Source: Octopus sinensis
Taxonomy: Eukaryota
Direction: 5' to 3'
NCBI RefSeq assembly: GCF_006345805.1
Contig: NC_043000.1
Coordinates: forward strand, 37,138,001 to 37,202,000
DNA: 64,000 nt
The notes under the pieces: generated by a model
Database searches by the model: none
Seen by the model: the letters and a program-made list of their open reading frames with translations, nothing else
What the model was told of the DNA's origin: nothing
Shown: piece by piece, positions 1 to 13,885 of the stretch
How positions within the stretch are numbered: position 1 is the first letter of the stretch
Layout of the letters: each line of letters opens with the position of its first letter
Program-made: the position numbers and the translations under genes

Positions 1-394
1 AATCTTTATGCTCTCCAATGCCATTGACTGTTCACCAATACATCAAACTGCTCCTGACAAAAAAGGAGACACAAAAAACACCCCTATCAAATTTAGCCTG
101 AACACATGATCTCCATACTTATTGATATTTTGGTCAGTTAATACCCAAACCCTAAAACTTCATCCTTATACATCTGTAAATTGAACCCTTTTCTACCCCT
201 ACTAGAATATGCCCTGCTTCTCTTCAACTAGCCAGCCGTATACATTCTCCTGACAGCCACTACATGTCACTTCTCTTTCTCCTATCACAACTTTATTTAC
301 ATTTCTGAATGCAGTTCTAAATCTGTTTACTAGTCATTCTTCCCCAGAAAAGTCTTTCTTTTTTTTTTAGGCACCATGTCCATAATGTAAGACA

Positions 395-935
395 TAGGTG
401 ATCACAAACTGTCACAATTCTTCGTTTCCTGTAACAGTTCCACTTCCTGATGTTTAATGCTTCTTTCTTCCAACCAATTCCTCAAAGAATATCATTCTTC
501 TCTTTCTTTGCTTCTTTTCCCTTCAATCTTTCCAGTCATCACTAAATTCTCCAGACCCGCTTTTGCTCATCACATGAACAAGATATCTCAGTTGTTTGGC
601 CCCCTTATCTCACAAAGCAGTTTCTTATACACCACAGCCCAGGTCATCCCTTTTTTGTCAGACATTTTATCTGTCCATGTTATTCTCAATATTCTCCTTA
701 AGAACCACATTTCCCAGCTCTCCAATCACCCTCTCATCCCTGATGTTATAGACCATGCCTCACTTCCATACATTAACACAAGGTAGACAGAGCGGTTCAA
801 CACACAGGTCTTAGTTGTGATGCCCAGAGCATGGCTTCTCAAGAGGTTATACAATTCTGAGAATGCAGATTTTTTGCCAGCCCCAGAACAGTAACTCCTG
901 AAAATTCTTTCTTCCTGTTCATATTTACCTGGCAT
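395..935 (-). mobile_element. RTE-clade non-LTR retrotransposon (LINE) relic, post-RT C-terminal region
   Basis: Minus-strand translation gives KTCVLNRSVYLVLMYGSEAWSIT, then LESWEMWFLRRILRITWTDKM, then QLRYLVHVMSK. These match the RTE motifs (LLYGSETW; EMWFLRRILRISW; QLRYLGHVMR). Interrupted by a stop and frameshifts. Boundaries approximate. Confidence 0.85.
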
Positions 936-1764
936 TTTTTACTGACCAACAGAAGTGCCAATTAGACATTAGCTTCGTTGATGTCATTGGACTTGGATGG
1001 TGAGCAAAGGTCAACAGACACTGTCCCTTCTCATCTAAATACCTTGTTATATAAACCAAACATGGCAAATAATTATGATAGAGGGTCATGTTTGGAAGTT
1101 TGCAAAATTAAGCTAATGCTTCGTTGATGGTTGGGGTGCCACATTGAAAAAATGAAATCCCACCAAAACCAACACTGGTATAACAGCATGGGCCAGTAAG
1201 AGAGCCTTTATTGATAAACATAGCCTGCTTAGAAATAGCAGTCAAATCTCTCTTATATCACACCTTGCTGTCTTAGAAGCAGAAGACAACACAGTGGATA
1301 ACATAGTCATGGATAACTGGAAAACTTATGAACATAGGTCTGCTAGAAATGGCAGCCAAATTTCCTTTAGATCATACCTTACTGACTTAAAAACTGAACT
1401 ACAACACATTGGATAATGAAGTATTGGATTGTCATAACTGGGAGACTTATGATCATAGATTTGCTACAAACAGCAGCCAAATAGGCAATCAGCAACATCA
1501 GTATCATTATATAATGAACAGTTCATTCATTTAACTGTCATCTCTTTTCCTCAAAAATAACAAGAATTGTGAGGAAAGAAACTCATTATTACAATATTTA
1601 ATTAAACAATTTGAAGTGAATCACAGATATATTGTTAATGTCCTTGGAAAATGTATGAAGGTCACAACCTCTCATATACTACGATTCTGAATCTCTGTGT
1701 TGTTTATTGTCATGGTGGATCAGATATATTTTGCCACGGCGTGTGTGTGTGTGTGTGTGCGTAT

Positions 1765-2310
1765 AACTGTAGAATCACATAATTAAACTGTGTGTATACA
1801 TCCTAACAGTCTGCATGTGGCATATGTATCTTTGACTGTGTATGCTCATGTGTATGTGTAGTAGGAGAGACACTAAATGGAAATGTTTGTGTGTACGTGT
1901 GTGTCATTTATAGTCTCTGCATGTGGTTTATGCATTTGAATGTATGTGTAGCAGTATAAGCACACTGTATGGAACTGTGTGGGGATATTTGTTTCATAAT
2001 AGTATCTGCATGTGGCATATGCATGTATACATGTACACAGAGTAGAATCATACTCTATGAAAATGTGAGTGGGTGTGTGTAGTCGCCACACAACATGGAG
2101 ATATGAAAGTGTGTATGCATGTGTGTGTTGTATATGCACATACAACTGTATGTAATAGAATTACACTATACAGAAATGTGTGTATATGTGAAGTAGTAGT
2201 AGTCACACAGTATAAAAATATGAGTGTGTGTACATATTACTGTTGGTCTGTTGTGTAAGTATCTATGTTTTAATGTATGTAGTTGTATCACACTACATGG
2301 AAAAGCGAGC
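1765..2310. repeat. Old degenerate tandem repeat (about 40-50 bp sub-units, about 95-100 bp super-period)
   Basis: Recurrent gtag..cacact(a/g)tatggaaatgtgtg-like blocks, and tctgcatgtggcatatg-like blocks at about 1811, 1917 and 2005. Confidence 0.5.
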
Positions 2311-2410
2311 ATTTATGTGTGTGTATGTGTGTGCATGTATTAGTGTACACATGTGCTATATGCACAGGGATATTTTATACGTGTGTTTGTGTGTGTGTAT
2401 GTGTGTGTGT

Positions 2411-2450
<40 letters not shown>

Positions 2451-2746
2451 ATATGTAAATTAGTGTGGGCTGTATTACAGAGAATATCTCACTGAAGTAT
2501 GGTGAGATTGTTTTTCAAAATATTTTTGGCTTTTTTTTCATATTCTCTAAGAAAGAGAAGAGAACGAGAAAGAAGAGAGAAATGGTTCTATTTTCGTTTC
2601 TTCTCATCTCACCCCACTTCCATCTCCCTTGTTCTGCACATTTCTGCTGCACCAATGCACACATGCAGCATGCATTACACATATACTTGATCTCAGTCTC
2701 TCAGTTAACAGTCTCTGTCTGTAGGTTAATGTGTCTCATGATTGCA

Positions 2747-2780
<34 letters not shown>

Positions 2781-2863
2781 CGTGTGTCTGTGTGTGTGTT
2801 AGTGCGCATAAATATCTCTATGTGTAGGTGTATACATACACATGTGTAAATGAATATTTTTAC

Positions 2864-2894
<31 letters not shown>

Positions 2895-3993
2895 CACACA
2901 CACAGAAATGTATATATATACATATGTGTGTTTGTGTTGTGTGTGTGTATGTGTGATGTATATATATATATATACATACATGTATGCGTTTGTGTGCTGT
3001 TCCACAGTTGTAATGTAATCGTATGAAATGTCCGCTGTACTTTAGTGAGGCTTTTGCTGTCAATAACACCCACCCACCTTCTATAAACAACATGTTCATG
3101 CATGCACATATATGCATGTATGCATGTGTGCATGCATGCATGACTGAGTGTTTGCATTTATGCAAACATATATGCATAGCTGCAGACATGTACTCATGCA
3201 TGGCTTAAAAGAAGCCAGCAATTGTCATAGCAACCAGTGACTGGCAGTTTCTTGTTAACGCCACAATCTATGCTACTAACACACACGCGCGCGCGAGCAC
3301 ACACTAGGACACGCACACGCACGCACACACAAACACACTAGGACACGCACATGCGCACACACACAAATGTCATCTCCACCACCAACACCAGCAACTCCCT
3401 TATTGTTCTCGAAATTATCATCACAGTATTCTCCGATCATGGCTTTTCAATTACATTTGTCTCTCGGTTCTTATTTGCTATTGCGGATTTTATTTAATTT
3501 TTTTTTGTTCCTGTTATTATTGCTATTATCACTTTTGATTACAATGATGACGGTGATGGTGATGATGGTGCTGTTGCTGTTGATCCTTCTCCATCATTTC
3601 ATTCAATGTCACAGGTTCTCGTGAAGATGTGAAATATTTATTAAATACACACAAACAAACACACTCACACACACGCACACACATACAGAGACGAAAACCC
3701 ACACATACAAGCGCACACACACACACACACATACAAGCTTACACATACATATATAAACACATACACACAAGCAAGCCTATCATGCATAGACTGGTTGTGA
3801 TTGATTTAAGAGCTTACTTTATCCTGCATCTTTCTCCTCCTACTCTGTTTTCATTGTTATCTAATCCCCATCTTTTGTATTTTTGTACACACGCATGCAC
3901 ACACACACACACATGCGCACACACACAGAATGTATATGTATTATTCATGTATTACGAAAATATACATTGATAGTTGTATACTACATATATATA

Positions 3994-5361
<1,368 letters not shown>

Positions 5362-5496
5362 CATTCAGACAAGGTTAAACAACTTGCTGGCCTGAGTTAG
5401 CGTGACTACATAGTTGCTATGCCTGCTAGAAATAACAGCAAAATCTCTCTCTCACATCACCTGCTACTGTGTTAGCAGCAACAACAACAATTATAA

Positions 5497-5693
5497 CCCT
5501 TTCTACTGAAGACATAAAGCTTTAAATGTTCGGGGAAGGCACTAGTTGATCACATCTACTAAATTTATTGACCCTGAAAGGATGAAAGGCAAAGTTGACC
5601 ACGACAGCATTTGAACTCAGAACATAATGACGGGGGAAATACTGCTAAGCACTTCGTCCAGCACGCTAACGATTCTGCCAGCTCACCACCTTA
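5497..5693 (-). mobile_element. tRNA-headed SINE (family C: ggcacaagg...ggatgaaaggcaaagttgacc...gaatttgaactcagaa...ctgccagctc)
   Basis: Minus strand begins ggtggtgagctggcagaatcgttagc (A-box-like), followed by gagttcaaa (B-box-like). More than 20 related copies in this window. Confidence 0.85.
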
Positions 5694-5718
5694 ACGACAA
5701 TAGCAGTAATAATAAATA

Positions 5719-5954
5719 TTGGGTTGGTGCATAATTATGGCAGCTTTTTTCAACAAAAACAATAACAACATGTAATAAAAACATCTTTAAATGATTATTC
5801 TGGAACATATTCACCATCTATTTCAATTATTGGTACCCATTTGCTTGGCAGACGAGCAGACCGTCATTTAAAGATGTTTTTGTTAAATATTGTTATTGTT
5901 TTTGGTGAACAAAATTTGTTGATAAAATGTTGCAATAATTATGCACCAACCTAA
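5719..5954 (-). mobile_element. Internally deleted mariner element / MITE
   Basis: TIRs ttgggttggtgcataattat / ataattatgcaccaacctaa (1 mismatch in 20) with TA on both flanks. The TIR resembles the Hsmar1/MADE1 type. Internal minus-strand peptide RLPSKWVPIIEIDGEY resembles the mariner transposase C-terminus (KLPERWQKVVEQNGEY). Confidence 0.9.
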
Positions 5955-6155
5955 TATATAAATAAAAACATATAAAGGATGATGAAGTTTCAGTTATACT
6001 ATATTTACACTCACACAAAGAAAGGGAAAAAATTAAACAATGTTAATGTTCGTTTATAGAATACTAAAAATAATAATAATAATTCTTTTAAATTTTGGGC
6101 ACAAGGCCAGCAATTTTAAGAGAAGTGGGTTAGTTGATCGTTCTTTTATTCTTTT

Positions 6156-6530
6156 ATTGGCTTCAGTCATTTGACTGTGGCCATGCTGGAGCATCACCTT
6201 TAGTCAAACAAATTGACCCCAGGACTTATTCTTTGTAAGCCTAGTACTTATTCTATCAGTCTCTTTTGCCGAACCGCTAAGCTATGGATATGTAAAAACA
6301 CCAACATCGGTTGTGAAGTGATGGTGGTGGGGGGACAGACATAGACACTCACACACAAATATATACATATTTATCTATCTATATATCCACCTATATATAT
6401 ATATACAACAGGCTTCCTTCAGTTTCCATCTACCAAATTCACTCACATAGCTTTGGTCAACTTGTGGCTTATAGTAGAAGACAGTTGCCCAAAGTACCAC
6501 ACAGTAGGACTGAAACCGGAACCATGTGCC
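6156..6530 (-). mobile_element. tRNA-headed SINE (family A, CORE-like ttgggcaagtg box)
   Basis: Reverse-complement of the family A copy at 34041-34426 (ggttcagtcc B-box, ttgggcaagtg, gctccagcatggcc tail). Confidence 0.85.
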
Positions 6531-6679
6531 TATTACATCAATCTCAGTATTCGACTGGTACTTTATTTTATTGAACCTGAGAGGATGAAAGGCAAAGTTG
6601 ACCTAGGTGAGATCTGAACTTAGAATGTGAAGAGCCGTAAGAGATGCGACCAAGCATTTTTTCTGATGCATTAATCTTG

Positions 6680-7076
6680 TCTTGGCTTCACTGATGAAGA
6701 TTAGGAAGGCTGTTGCCCACGTTGTAAAGTGGAAATAGAGATCCTTCAGTGTGCGCGATGGAGTTTTAAAGTGAAGTGCAGTCTCTGCTGAACAGGCCAC
6801 ACCCTTTACACCTGGAGTTCTTCTGCTGTGGCCCAGTAAGCTGGGATGATGACAGAGAGGTCCTCGGGTTATAGGTTTTATTTGAAAGTGTCTTTCTCCT
6901 AGAAAGGCTGCCGATCATAGCTAACGAGCCCCATCTGCTCAGAGCAGCCTGTTTATACTGCACCGCAGTTGTCCTCCCCTGTTGGCTCAGATCCAGGTGG
7001 TACCATGAGGCGGTCGAAGTAAGACTTGCGGCTTGCATCACTCTTTGGAAGTTTTAGCCCAGTATGGTGCTCACCT
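6680..7076 (-). mobile_element. RTE-type LINE 5'UTR fragment
   Basis: Relatively GC-rich non-SINE block. Minus strand contains ctaggagaaagacactttcaaataaaacc, resembling the RTE 5'UTR aggagaaggaaaactctgaattcaaacc motif, and ends in a degenerate STL-NVG-like endonuclease start. HDV-like fold at its 5' end. Confidence 0.55.
6973..7076 (-). ncRNA. HDV-like self-cleaving ribozyme relic
   Basis: Minus strand: aggtgagc [long J1/2] cttacttcg acc gcctcat ggt accacct gg atctgag ccaa caggggagg. This is the P2-P3-L3(7 nt, CC)-P3'-P1'-GG-P4-J4/2(C,AA)-P2' order. P3 is perfect; P1 and P2 are partly eroded. Confidence 0.55.
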
Positions 7077-7159
7077 AACCAACATCTGGTAACTATGTAC
7101 ACCCCCATTAACCATCCAATGATACATTAATAATTCTACCAATAATAGCAATAATATAA

Positions 7160-8016
7160 TAATGATAATAATGATTACTTCAAATTTTGGGACCTGGCCT
7201 GCAATTTTAGTGGGAGCGGATCATCAATTTTATTGACTGCATTACTTGACAGACACTTCATTCTGTTGACTTCAAAAGACTAAAAGGCAATGTTGACTCT
7301 AGCAGAATTTGAACTCGGAACATAAAGCCAGGAGAAATGCCATTACGCATTTTGTCAGGCATGCTAACTGGTTCTGCCAGTTTGCAGCCAAACTAATGAA
7401 TAAGAGTAGTTTCATCTGGAGACAAATCTTTCGTATAGTCACTTGAAAGCCACACCAACACCTACCCACCAAGTATTCATTCACTCAGTCGTTATAGGAC
7501 TTGAAGGTAGATTGAACTTGAGCAGATGAGGATGAAGATAATAACAATAATTCTTTCTATAATAGGCGGGAGGCCTGAAATTTTGAAGACAGCAGGAGAG
7601 TCAATTATATCCACCCCAGTAATTGACAGGGGCTTATTTAATTGACCCCTTATGACGTTGAGCTGGCAGAAACATTAGCACGCTGGACAAAATGCTTAGT
7701 GGTATTTCATCTGTTTTTACATTCTCAGTTCAAATTCCACCAAGGTCAACTTTGCCTTTCATCCTTTCGGGGTTGATTAAATAAGGACCAGTTACACACT
7801 AGGGATGATGTAATTGACTTACTCCCTTTGTCTGTCCTTGTTTGTACCCTCTGTGTTTAACCCCCTGTGGGCAATAAAGAAATATATATTTAATTGACCT
7901 CAAAAGGATGAAAGGCAAAACTGACCTTGGCAGAATTTGAACTCAAAATGTGAAGATGGACAAAGTTCCACTAAGCATTTTGTCCAGTGTGTTAACAATT
8001 CTGCCAGCTCACTGCC

Positions 8017-8058
<42 letters not shown>

Positions 8059-8515
8059 TAATAATAATAATAATCCTTTCTATTATAGGCACAAGGCCTG
8101 AAACTTGGGGGAGGGGGATAATTAATTACATAGACCCCAGTACTCAACTGGTACTTAATTAACTGGTCTCTAAATGATGAAAGGTAAAGTTGACCTTGGC
8201 AGAATTTGAACTCAGAACGTAGTGACAGGCATATTACCACTAAGCATTTCATCCAGCGTGCTAACGACTGAACCAGCTCACCACCTTAAATATAATAATA
8301 ATAATAATGATAATACAAGGCTAGTATTTATGGGACAGGGCTTAAGTCAATTACAATGACTCCCAGTGATTCACAGGTACTTATTTTATCGACCCCAAAA
8401 AGATGAAAAGTAAAGTTAAACCTCAACAGAATTTGAACTCAGAATGCAAAGACAGATGAAATACCACTAACCATTTTGCCCGGCATGCTGACAATTCTGC
8501 CAGTTCGCTGACTAA
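7160..8515. mobile_element. Cluster of about six family C SINE copies separated by (AAT)n
   Basis: Copies at about 7165-7385(-), 7550-7650(-, partial), 7660-7870(+), 7890-8020(-), 8070-8290(-) and 8310-8512(-). Confidence 0.85.
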
Positions 8516-8606
8516 ATAATAATAATAACAATAATAATAATAATAATAATAAAATAATAATAACAATAATAATAATAATAATAACAATAATATTAATAAT
8601 AATAAC

Positions 8607-8637
<31 letters not shown>

Positions 8638-8638
8638 C

Positions 8639-8830
8639 CAACAACTGATTTAGTGTTTCCTTCATTTGTCTCTTGGGCTCTAAAAGACAAAAACTAAGAA
8701 AATCAGTAAGAAAAACAGTAAAAAAAAATTATGGAAGATGTTACCTTCATTTGTTGTAAAATATACGCAAAACAACATGCAATTAATTCAAATAAAAGCC
8801 ATTAGGAAAAGTCGTTAATAACTTTCCCAC
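8639..8830 (-). other. Candidate spliced segment: 86-nt exon (8830-8745), 65-nt intron (8744-8680), 41-nt exon (8679-8639)
   Basis: Acceptor ccccttttctattttcttag|, donor GAAG|gtaaca, T-rich intron with branch-like tactgat and acceptor tttttgtcttttag|. The final donor (gtgtta) is weak. The first exon has stops in all frames. Confidence 0.3.
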
Positions 8831-9749
8831 CTAAGAAAATAGAAAAGGGGTGGAGTACGAAGAATTTATATTTTTATGTGTGTGTCTGTGTGTGTGTGTG
8901 TATGTGTATGTTTGTACATGTCTGTGTGTGTGTGTGTGTGTTTATGTGAGTGTGTGTAAAAAGGATATTGGATCTAGACATTTCCTTTCATAGTCATCCA
9001 ACATTAACGATAATGCTGTTTTGCCAGAAGGGCAAACATGGTCAACCACAACAATATGAGAACAAAAGTAAACAAGGATAGAAATGATCATGGACAAATT
9101 ACTTATACCAACTTTGGTTCTATGAATATTCCTAACCAAACATCATATTCTATGAATATCCCTAACCAAACATGTTTCCATGGAAGATTGGAAATGAAGG
9201 TCACCACCTGGTCAACGGTCACACTTGCTTACAGCCACCACACAATGTGATGGCTGTAAGACACAAACAAACATACATAAGCACACAAAAATATATATAT
9301 CAGAATATATGATGGCCTTCCTTCAGTTTCTGTCTGTCAAGTCCACTCACAAGGCTTTCTTCAGCTCAGAAAACACTTGCTTATGATACAATGAGACTGA
9401 ACCAGGAAATATGCAGTAGAGAGAAGCAAATTTCTCCACAACTGTACGTTTATCCAACTGCTTTCCATCTTATGTAAAAGTAATGCTTCATGACTCCTCA
9501 TGAATGTTTTCAATGAAACTGGGTGGATGGAAACTGTATAAAAGCCTATTGAAGGAACTGTAACAGTAAATTACAGGTACAACTTTGTCACACTGACGTG
9601 TGCACCTGCCTGTACAATGTTCATTTATTACAATTCATTACATCGTTAATTCAATAAGCAAGAAATTCAGTTGACTGAACATTTGAATCCTTGTTGTGAA
9701 AACCAACAGCGCACCATCCATCCATCCATTCACACACACACATATATAG

Positions 9750-10040
9750 TTGTGGCTAGTGCCCCCTAACTGGTTCCCATTCTGGTGGCATATAAAATAC
9801 ATCATCCAGGTGTGGTCGATGCTAGTGTCTCCTGACTGGCTCCAATGCCAATGGCACATAAAAAGCACCCACTACACTCTCAGGGTGGTTGGCATTAGGA
9901 AGAGCATCCAGCTGTACAAATATTGCCAGATCAAATTGGCATCTGGTACAGCTGCTGGCTTTCCAGACCTCAGTCAAACCATCCACCCACCCATGCCAGC
10001 ATGGAAAATGGACGTTAAACAATGATGATAATGATAATGA
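9750..10040 (+). mobile_element. Short interspersed repeat family D (aagcacccactacactc...gggcatccagc...ggacgttaaac(gat)n tail)
   Basis: Same body and (GAT)n tail as copies at 12308-12690(-), 28170-28612(+), 30265-30435(+), 44400-44590(-), 48030-48290(-) and others. Confidence 0.8.
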
Positions 10041-10042
10041 TG

Positions 10043-10079
<37 letters not shown>

Positions 10080-10354
10080 AAAGGCGAAAGATTTATCTGC
10101 TCGGGGTATCATTTAAAATATACACAAATTACAAAAGAGCTATTAATAGTGTTATGCTTTAGAGATACAATAAATTATAAATTGGCAGATTTATATAACA
10201 TGTCATGTATCTCCAAGCAATCTTTCAGGCTCAGTGCATATCATTAGATGTATTTCAAAAGCAGGCCACTTGTCTATGAGAAAACATAACAAGAAACTGA
10301 GATGAAAAAAGATGGTTGATGTAAGAAACTACTAGTAGCTCCTTTGTAAATCTC

Positions 10355-10387
<33 letters not shown>

Positions 10388-10491
10388 CAGAGAGACAGAG
10401 AGACAGACAGACAGACAGATAGATAGATAGTCAGAAAGATAGATAGATAGATAGATAGATATATAGATAGATAGATGCATACATATATACA

Positions 10492-10708
10492 TAGAGGGTG
10501 AGTCAAAAGTCGCAAAGGAGTTTGAACATTTGCTAAAGTGTTTTCAATTATTTTTTCACATCTTTCTTTCCAAACGTTTTTCACACCTAGCATACATATA
10601 TTTTCTTATATATACTGTATACGATGCTCTGGTATTGTAAACTTAAGTCAAAATGTAGAGGAGTTAATAAATGTTGAAACTGTTTTGTGGTTTTTGGCCC
10701 ATCCTCTG
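10492..10708. mobile_element. Tc1/mariner-type MITE
   Basis: Imperfect 24-bp TIRs tagagggtgagtcaaaagtcgcaa / ttgtggtttttggcccatcctctg (about 7 transition mismatches); TA at the right flank. Confidence 0.65.
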
Positions 10709-12307
10709 TATATAGTTAATGTTAAATCACTTTTTATATTCATGGTTTAGAATGCATAGGTATGATTACCATGAAACAACTGAGATGACCAAAATGAAGG
10801 CAATTAGTAGAAATCTCTTGGCACCTGTAATCATTATTATCTCTCTCACTCTCTCATACACACATGACAGTGTGTGTGTAAGATAACCATCTCAAATTTC
10901 TGAGCTAAATTTTGTTGTTTAATGGAGAGGGAGAGAGAGTCTGTATTCATGACCTTCATAGTTCCTCCAAGATTGGTGAAGACCTGACAGGACCTTTGTA
11001 GTACCTTGTGCTAAAAGCCAGTTTAGCACAAGGCACCCCAAGTTCATAGAGAAGGAATGGCATTTATGACCTTTGTTTGTCCTCTAAAATGGGGGTGGGG
11101 TTTGATGCACCAGGCCACCTATTTATAAGAAAAGATTTTTATCACAGACATACACTTGTTGACCAAGAAGAGTTGCAAGACAAAGCTGGGAGAATTTGAA
11201 CTTGGATCAGAGTCAGAGCTGAACACATTGCTACAACCTAGTATTTAAGACTACTGCTCAACCATGATGCCACTCCACCATACCATGTTTATTCTATATG
11301 AGTTATTGAATAAATTAAAATGCATAAATAAAATATAGATTGTTCGAATTATTGAAGCAGATAGAGAGAGAAAAATGTGGAATAAAAGACTGAATAAGCA
11401 AATCAGGTGAAAGACTTAAGATGGCATTCTTCTATGGATGGTAGGAGTCTTGGTAAGAATGGAACTGACAGTGAATGTCTGCTAGAAAGAATATGACAGT
11501 TGACAGGTAGAAGAAATGGATGTGAATGAGAGAAGAATATAATTTTACTGACAGTGAATACACCGAGAGAAAATAAATTAGAGGAATGAAATGTTATAAA
11601 GACAGAAATAGCAGAAAAGAAAATAACCTAATGAAGAAGAGAGTGGGTGGGCAGTGGAATGGATGTGGAGGGAGGGAATGAATAACCATTTTGATATTAC
11701 TTGATAGTAATGTATTAAAGAAGGATAGAATTCTAGTGATGATAATGATGATGATAAGGAGGAAGAGGAGGAAGAAAAAAGAATAATGTGCATATGATGG
11801 CAATGTGTTATTAATGATATGTTTTTATGATTTTCTGGTAAAGTTTATATTTGTGATTTGGTGGAGAGATAGGTAGAACCTCCAGGAACTGGATTCATAA
11901 GAATTACACTTCCAATATTCTTCCAGTGTTGCACAACTCACTACATGATCAAGAGCAGAAACCTCATTACAGTTATTTTGATTTTATTTTGGGACAAATT
12001 ACATAACTCTACTTAATAGAAAGAAGTCCAAGGAGTATACCAAGAAATTTATTTTGGTCAACTGGGGCTGACTTTAATATGATATACCTAATCACAAGAA
12101 ATTAATATTTCTGTCTTTGTTTACTAGTTTAGTCCTAGAAAGAAAGAGGCAGTACCTGTCACATCCGTAATGTCAGCCAGACTGGTGCCATACAAACAGC
12201 CATAAAGTGATTGGTGAATTAATCAGAGACAATGCAGGGTTGAGCAGACTAGGGTTATGCCAAGGGTTATGATAACCTCTCTAGTGTTGATATCGTCGTC
12301 GTCGTCA

Positions 12308-12690
12308 TCATCCTCATTATTTAACATCCGTTGTCCATGCTGGAATGGGGTGGATGGTTTGACTGGGACTGGTAAGCTGAAAGGCTGCACCAGACTCCAG
12401 CCTGATTTGGCATGGTTTTCTACAGCTGGATGCCTTTCCAAACACCAACCACTCCGATAGTGTAATGGGTGCTTTTACGTGCCACTGGCATTGATGCAAT
12501 TTGCGACTGCAATTTTGCTTGGCTTGATGGGTCTTCTCAAGCACAACATAATGCCAAAGGTCTTGGCCATTACCTACATGAGACCCAATGCTCGAAAGGA
12601 ATACTATGAAAAAATGCACCCAGTACACTCTGTAAAGTGTTGAATATTCGGGAGAGCATCCAGCCATTGAAACTGTGCCAAAATAAACTT
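12308..12690 (-). mobile_element. Family D interspersed repeat
   Basis: (CAT)n tail on the left, then tttaacatccgttgtccatgc...agctggatgcctttcc...gggtgctttt. Confidence 0.8.
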
Positions 12691-13378
12691 TTAAGCTACC
12701 CAATGTCCTCTGTTTGTAAGACTTTGTTGAACCATCCTGAAATCAATATATACCAACCCTGAAATCAATATAAATCACCCCTGCAATCAATCTCTACGAT
12801 AGGATGATGATGAAGATGAAAAAGAAGGATACATAAAATAAACAATGTATATAACAGCAAAATTCCTCTATAACTACATATCTGCCACTGTTATCCCTAC
12901 CACAGCTCTCATCATGAATACCATCACCACCACCAACACTGCAACAGCCATTAATGCTACTGCTGTCACTGCCACTTCAACTACCATTACTACCATGATA
13001 TCACCACCACCATCATCATTACAACCATCACTGTTGCTACCACTTTCACCACCACCAACTTTACAACCACAGCCTCAACCACTATTGATATCAATATCAG
13101 CAGTACCATTGTCACCATTGTTACCAACCCCAGGATAATTTGTTTAACTTAAAACCCCATTCTTTTGTTCTTACCTTTTTGTTGTTGTTGCTTTTATTGC
13201 TATGCATTTTAGTATATTATGTTGCTGTCAATAAGTTTATAATTCAATAAATTAAAGCAGAGAGATCACCTGAAATTGAACCAGCTTTTCATTGCATTTG
13301 GTTTCCAAACTAGCTTTTTCCAATGATTGAAATAATATTTTCACAGATGTGACATGCTGTCAATATTGCAAAGCTTAC

Positions 13379-13493
13379 ATCTTCTGATGTCTATCCGTCT
13401 GTCTGTTTAATCTCCTTCCTCTCGCTCAATCCATCACGGAACATTGATTTATAATTGACACTGCACTGCTTCTTCTTGTTACACTTCTCCAGA
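13379..13493 (-). other. Candidate 115-nt exon (stop-containing; UTR, non-coding or terminal coding)
   Basis: Acceptor gttacttttatgcag| and donor AT|gtaagc. The best frame reads LEKCNKKKQCSVNYKSMFRDGLSERKEIKQTDG* and stops before the donor. No homologue recognised. Confidence 0.25.
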
Positions 13494-13629
13494 CTGCATA
13501 AAAGTAACACTCAACTACAGAGATCTAGTGCTAGAATCAGGCAATAAACCATTCCTTTTAGTTCAGGGATTTAAGAGAATAAGGCATTCTGTTACTGCTA
13601 TCTCCATCTTGTACATAATTTAAAAAGTG

Positions 13630-13656
13630 GATATATGTGTACATGTATATATATAT

Positions 13657-13710
<54 letters not shown>

Positions 13711-13716
13711 ATATAT

Positions 13717-13760
<44 letters not shown>

Positions 13761-13765
13761 GTATG

Positions 13766-13843
<78 letters not shown>

Positions 13844-13885
13844 ATACATACATACACATATACACACATGCACACACACACACAT
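13630..13885. repeat. Long interrupted (TA)n/(TG)n microsatellite
   Basis: Direct reading; source of the YIYI ORFs. Confidence 0.95.

Noticed and set aside
6790-6834. gggccacagcagaag (minus), resembling my recollection of the CPEB3 ribozyme 5' end, with a 7-bp G-U-initiated stem
   Set aside because: The would-be L3 is 12 nt and J4/2 and P2 do not fit the HDV topology; better treated as a simple hairpin in the LINE 5'UTR.
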